Shown here: positions 59,790 to 64,000 of the stretch, one piece after another
Numbering within the stretch: the stretch's first letter is position 1
How the letters are laid out: every line of letters begins with the position of its first letter
Assembly (NCBI GenBank): GCA_965218435.1
Contig: CBDCKW010000009.1
Span: forward strand, 1,120,001 to 1,184,000
Length of the DNA stretch: 64,000 bases
From: Truepera sp.
Lineage (GTDB): Bacteria; Deinococcota; Deinococci; Deinococcales; Trueperaceae
Direction: 5' to 3'
Made by a program: the position numbers and the translations under genes
The notes under the pieces: model-generated
What the model saw: only the letters and a program-made list of their open reading frames with translations
Told to the model about the DNA's origin: nothing
Databases searched by the model: none

Positions 59790-60935
59790 CTAGGCGAAAT
59801 TCTCTTGTCCTGCCAACTTAACAGGTTCACTGAGCGCCACACTTGGTGAGACGGACTCGAGTCCAAACGCGTCGCCGACGGCCCGGTAGGTCAGCTGACC
59901 CTGATAGGTGTTGAGCCCCGAGAGTAGGGCCGGGTCGTTTTGTAACGCCTCGGTGCCGTATTCGGCCAGGGCCAATGCATATTTAAGCGTCTGGTTTGAC
60001 AGCGCCGTCGTGCTCGTATTCGGCACCGCCCCCGGCATATTGGCGACGCCGTAATGCACCACGCCGTCAACCACAAACGTGGGGTCGTCGTGGGTGGTTG
60101 GGTGAATCGTTTCGATACAGCCGCCTTGGTCTACCGCCACGTCAACAATCACACTGCCTGGTTTCATGGTGGCGATCATCTCGCGCGTCACCAGATGCGG
60201 AGCCCTGGCCCCCGGAATCAGCACGGCTCCGACGAGCAGGTCGGCGCGCGCGACCATCTCGGCAATGTTGGCCGGAGTACTCGCCAGCGTCTGTAAGCTG
60301 CTGCCGAAGACGTCATCGAGGTACTGTAACCGCGCGTAGTTGACGTCTAAAATCGTCACCCGTGCGCCGAGTCCGACGGCGATTTTTGCCGCGTTCGTGC
60401 CAACTATGCCGCCGCCTAAAATGACAACCTCACCGGCCTGCACGCCTGGGACGCCGCCGAGTAGTAATCCGCGTCCGCCCAAAAACTTGCCCAGATAGTG
60501 TGCCCCGACCTGCGTCGCCATCCGTCCGGCAACCTCACTCATCGGGGTCAAAAGGGGGAGCGACCCGTTGGCGAGCTGCACCGTTTCATAGGCGACGGCG
60601 GTGGTTCCAGCATTTAACAGTGCCTCGGTCAGCGGGCGGTCGGCAGCCAGGTGCAGATAGGTAAAGAGCAGCAGGTCGTCACGCAAAAACTCGTATTCTT
60701 GCGCCATCGGTTCTTTGACCTTTAAGACCATCGCTTGTGCCCACGCTTCGGCGGCGCTTCCGACCAGCGTTGCACCCTGCGCCTCGTATTCGGCGTCAGA
60801 AAAGCCGCTGCCGACCCCGGCCCCGGTTTGCACTACGACCTGATGCCCGTGAGCGACGAGCCCGTGAACCGTGCCGGGGGTCGCGGCAACGCGGTACTCG
60901 TGAGTTTTGACCTCTTTAGGAACGCCGATATTCAT
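59790..60935 (-). CDS. ald: Alanine dehydrogenase
   Basis: IGVPKE, KVKEP, FTYLHLAA, PMSEVAGR, DVAVDQGGC and VANMPGAVP motifs. Confidence 0.97.
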   Translation of the reverse strand: MNIGVPKEVKTHEYRVAATPGTVHGLVAHGHQVVVQTGAGVGSGFSDAEYEAQGATLVGSAAEAWAQAMVLKVKEPMAQEYEFLRDDLLLFTYLHLAADRPLTEALLNAGTTAVAYETVQLANGSLPLLTPMSEVAGRMATQVGAHYLGKFLGGRGLLLGGVPGVQAGEVVILGGGIVGTNAAKIAVGLGARVTILDVNYARLQYLDDVFGSSLQTLASTPANIAEMVARADLLVGAVLIPGARAPHLVTREMIATMKPGSVIVDVAVDQGGCIETIHPTTHDDPTFVVDGVVHYGVANMPGAVPNTSTTALSNQTLKYALALAEYGTEALQNDPALLSGLNTYQGQLTYRAVGDAFGLESVSPSVALSEPVKLAGQENFA

Positions 60936-61113
60936 ACCCTTCACCTCGCTATACATAGCCTAAACCCAGTTTATAGCAGGTTTCAGCTGCTTGGCTATGT
61001 TCTCTATACTCGGTACTATTTATGGGTCAGGTGGGTTCTAAAAGCCGGTTGAGAGTTGGAGGTGTGCCGCTAAACCTGTGCGACAAGAGACGTTTTAGTA
61101 TGAGTATGGCCGC

Positions 61114-62052
61114 TTAAGCCCAGACGCGCAAAAACTTCATCCGGCCCGCCGTGACCTCAGCCACGGCGACGAGGGTGTGCGAATGGTCAACGAGACCGAG
61201 ACGCCCATCTGCCAACGCTTCTGAAGGCAGCCGCTGACCCTGTTTAACGCGAGCAACCTGTGCAGCGTCTAGCTCGAGCAGCGGATACGGCAGTGCGTCG
61301 GCGAGGGCAAAACCGGGCGTATTAGAGAGATTGTCTAATGGTACAGCTTGGTCTAAAGCAAAAGCTCCGGCTTGAGTTCGGACGAGACCCGAAAGGTGTG
61401 CCGGAATGCCTAAAGCTGCGCCTAAGTCCCTGGCAAACGCCCGCAGGTAGGTCCCGGCTTGAACGCGGACATCAAATAGGGCTGTAGGAAAATCACCGAG
61501 CGTCGGAGGTAACGGTGTAGGTTTTTGGGGTACGTCTAAATCATTTCTGGTGGGCGCAAACCCTAATAATTTGATGTCTTTGTAACCGGCAGGGCGGGAC
61601 TCGAGCTTTAATACTTCACCCTTACGCGCCGCCTCATAACCTTTGACGCCACCTTTTTTCACGGCCGAATACTGCGGCGGCAGCTGTTCGGAAAGCTCTA
61701 AAAATGGGGGCAGCGCAGCGTGAATGTCCTCAGCACTCAGCCCGGACGCGTCCGCCGTTTCGTCAATCGGCCCCTCAGCGTCGAGTGTCGGCGTTCCGGC
61801 TCCGAACGAGACCCACGCGAGGTAACGTTTTTCCGAAGCCGTCAAAAAAGGGGAGAGCTTGGTCGCCTCGTCGCTCAAGATAACCAGCACCCCGGTTGCT
61901 AAAGGGTCGAGCGTCCCGGCGTGACCGACCGACCTAGTTTTGAGAAGTTTACGCGCTCTTGCCACCACGTCATGTGAAGTCAGGCCGAGCGGTTTGTCAA
62001 CGATGTAGACCGGCATTGCCTCTTCATACCATGCTGTCTCAGTTGCCGCCAT
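61114..62052 (-). CDS. truB: tRNA pseudouridine(55) synthase
   Basis: DKPLGLTSHDVV, GHAGTLDPLATGVL, PPQYSA and GTYLR motifs; the start may be 62016. Confidence 0.96.
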   Translation of the reverse strand: MAATETAWYEEAMPVYIVDKPLGLTSHDVVARARKLLKTRSVGHAGTLDPLATGVLVILSDEATKLSPFLTASEKRYLAWVSFGAGTPTLDAEGPIDETADASGLSAEDIHAALPPFLELSEQLPPQYSAVKKGGVKGYEAARKGEVLKLESRPAGYKDIKLLGFAPTRNDLDVPQKPTPLPPTLGDFPTALFDVRVQAGTYLRAFARDLGAALGIPAHLSGLVRTQAGAFALDQAVPLDNLSNTPGFALADALPYPLLELDAAQVARVKQGQRLPSEALADGRLGLVDHSHTLVAVAEVTAGRMKFLRVWA

Positions 62053-62075
62053 CTCTCATTACGTTATTTCAACTA

Positions 62076-62104
62076 TTGACAAAATGTTGTAGTTGTACAA
62101 CAAT
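62076..62104 (+). promoter_or_regulatory. Promoter overlapped by a palindromic operator (probable Xre autoregulation)
   Basis: TTGACA at 62076; TGTTGTA-N4-TACAACA at 62085-62102. Confidence 0.6.
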
Positions 62105-62127
62105 ACGTTTTAGCTTTACGAACTGAG

Positions 62128-62409
62128 GTGACGATGCCTGAAAACAAACTAACGATCTATAACCGGCTTTCCGTTTTACGGGCCGAACGCGGGCTGTCGC
62201 GGCAAGAGCTGGCGGACGCGGTGGGGGTGAATTATCAAACTATCGGTTACTTGGAGCGCGGCGACTACAACCCGAGTTTAGAGTTGGCTTTCAAACTGAG
62301 CGACTACTTCAGCTTGCCTATCGAGGTTATCTTTTCAACGAAGCCCCTCAAACCCTTGAGCGAAGCTCTGTATGAACTTCAAAATCACAGAGAGGAAAAA
62401 GTTGCATGA
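62128..62409 (+). CDS. Xre/Cro family HTH regulator
   Basis: LRAERGLSRQELADAVGVNYQTIGYLERGDYNPSLELA. Confidence 0.93.
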   Translation: MTMPENKLTIYNRLSVLRAERGLSRQELADAVGVNYQTIGYLERGDYNPSLELAFKLSDYFSLPIEVIFSTKPLKPLSEALYELQNHREEKVA

Positions 62410-62495
62410 AAAAGCTTGGGTTTTTTGCTGGCACACTCGAGCCCAACCCACCTACCGAAGAAACCTCTTTTCGTACCTCGAGCGGAGCGCACTGA
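62406..62495 (+). pseudogene. 29-aa mini-ORF, probable internally deleted paralogue of the downstream membrane proteins
   Basis: MKKLGFFAGT-LEPNPPTEETSFRTSSGAH*; ATGA and TGATG overlaps at both ends; the LEP tail matches the paralogue C-termini. Confidence 0.65.
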
Positions 62496-62962
62496 TGCGC
62501 AAACCTCTAAGGAGGAGCGTTCGGCGGCTCTTAAGCGTCCTTGCGTTCGCGGCGCTGCTCCTCACCTTTTTTGCGGGCGCACTAGGCAGGGAGTTCGCCT
62601 GGTTAGCCCTTCTGCCGCCCATTCCTCTTATTTTTGTCATCATATGGCTGGATAGAGCGACGGCGAATATAGCGACCAAAAAAGTGAGTAAGCTCGATGA
62701 GCGGCAGAGACGTGTACATGACCAAGCCCACCGCTTGACGTACTGGGTTCTCTACCTTTATGCGTTCCTCGTGTTCTCTGTTTACACTTTTGACTTTGGC
62801 GACCTCAATATCCCTATAGCTTACGGGGTAGGGGAAACGACCTTCATCTTCAAACTACTCAGCATGAACATATATTTGTTCATTGTCTTGCCAACTCTGT
62901 TCGTGGCGTGGCTCGAGCCTAACCTTGTGCAAGAAGATAACTTCGCTAAGGAGACTGCATGA
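62495..62962 (+). CDS. Membrane protein (LDERQR motif), paralogue A
   Basis: About 4 TM helices; LDERQR..HDQAH and AWLEPN motifs; GGAG RBS before ATG 62495. Confidence 0.75.
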   Translation: MRKPLRRSVRRLLSVLAFAALLLTFFAGALGREFAWLALLPPIPLIFVIIWLDRATANIATKKVSKLDERQRRVHDQAHRLTYWVLYLYAFLVFSVYTFDFGDLNIPIAYGVGETTFIFKLLSMNIYLFIVLPTLFVAWLEPNLVQEDNFAKETA

Positions 62963-63465
62963 AACGCCGTATAGTCTTATATCAGAGTAGCCGCCGCTTA
63001 CTCGTAATTGGCTTCATAAGCACTTTTGTAGCGAGTTTGATGCTGAGACTCTTAGCCGATAATCTTGACCAATTAGCTTTAGGTCTTCAAGTTTTGGGAG
63101 TATTCTTTGCTGCTGGTTTACTCAGATGGGGAAAGCCTCAAATCAAAAGCAAATTTATGGATGAGCGCCAGCGCGATATTCGTAACCGCTCGTACTTTAG
63201 GACTTACTTACTGCTCTCGGTTATATCCGTCAGTATTCCCATTGTCATGACTTTGCTGTTTGTCGTTGCTGAGCAGACTACAAGGGCGCTGATCGTTACG
63301 CTCCTCACCTCCTTACAGCGACCTGTGGATTTTGTAACGGTGTTTAGTTCGTTAGCACTTTTTGTGGTTTTTCTTCCTTGGGCAATGCTGGCGTGGCTCG
63401 AGCCCGACCCACCGCGAGACGAATCCGTTACTCTCAAGTCTGACTCGCGCATAACGAACTCTTAA
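62959..63465 (+). CDS. Membrane protein (MDERQR motif), paralogue B
   Basis: About 4 TM helices; MDERQR..RNRSY and AWLEPD motifs; ATGA overlap. Confidence 0.78.
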   Translation: MKRRIVLYQSSRRLLVIGFISTFVASLMLRLLADNLDQLALGLQVLGVFFAAGLLRWGKPQIKSKFMDERQRDIRNRSYFRTYLLLSVISVSIPIVMTLLFVVAEQTTRALIVTLLTSLQRPVDFVTVFSSLALFVVFLPWAMLAWLEPDPPRDESVTLKSDSRITNS

Positions 63466-63470
63466 AGCCT

Positions 63471-63908
63471 ATGTCACCACGCGTTCGGCCTCTGGCTATC
63501 TGCCTCATCTACCGTGAGGGTACGCAAGGCCGAGACCTCTTGGTGATGGAGGGTTTTGACGAAGCCAAAAAGTCTTGGTTTTATAGACCGCTCGGCGGCG
63601 GTATCGAGTTTGGCGAGCGGGGTCATGAAACGGTCAAGCGGGAGTTGCGTGAGGAAACCCGACAAGACCTGACCGATATCCGGTTTTTAGGTGTGCTCGA
63701 GAACCTGTTTACCTACGCGGGCACCCCGGCTCACGAACTCATGCTGGTGTATGAAGGGCGGTTTGCCGACCCAACCGTCTACGAACAAGACAGCCTGGAA
63801 GCCGTTGAGGATGACGGCTCGAGCTTTACCGCCCGCTGGTTGGCTGTAGAAGATTTTCAAAACGGCACCTTGAGACTCGTCCCTGAGGGTTTATCGGCCT
63901 ATCTCTAG
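63471..63908 (+). CDS. NUDIX hydrolase
   Basis: GGGIEFGE...TVKRELREET Nudix box. Confidence 0.92.
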   Translation: MSPRVRPLAICLIYREGTQGRDLLVMEGFDEAKKSWFYRPLGGGIEFGERGHETVKRELREETRQDLTDIRFLGVLENLFTYAGTPAHELMLVYEGRFADPTVYEQDSLEAVEDDGSSFTARWLAVEDFQNGTLRLVPEGLSAYL

Positions 63909-64000
63909 GTCTGCCGCGCCGTATACTTTAGCAGTGCCCTATAAACCCGTCTGTCTCGCCTTACTGCTACTAGTTCAGCTCGCTTTTGCCACCCAAGAGG

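Overview
A 64-kb, moderately GC-rich bacterial chromosomal segment, most likely from Deinococcota (Trueperaceae-like). This is inferred from the GlnRS-YqeY fusion and the many apparently leaderless genes. Core genes (glnS, groES-groEL with a perfect CIRCE, guaB, rbfA, prs, ruvA, eutBC, ald, truB) are interleaved with small accessory modules: sulfolipid genes sqdB/sqdX, an AT-richer HD-domain + HSP90-like ATPase gene (candidate defence system), tandem novel secreted paralogues, a PrnC-like halogenase, a HicAB module and a 3-gene catabolic cassette. I found no rRNA, tRNA, CRISPR array, integrase or transposase. The strongest unexplained signal is the palindrome CTCGAG, about 145-150 copies by manual tally. 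It lies exactly at the breakpoints of three independent rearrangements: the hicAB insertion and two gene relics. This suggests a HIP1-like, hexamer-guided DNA insertion/deletion process. All calls come from motif recognition by eye, without database searches.
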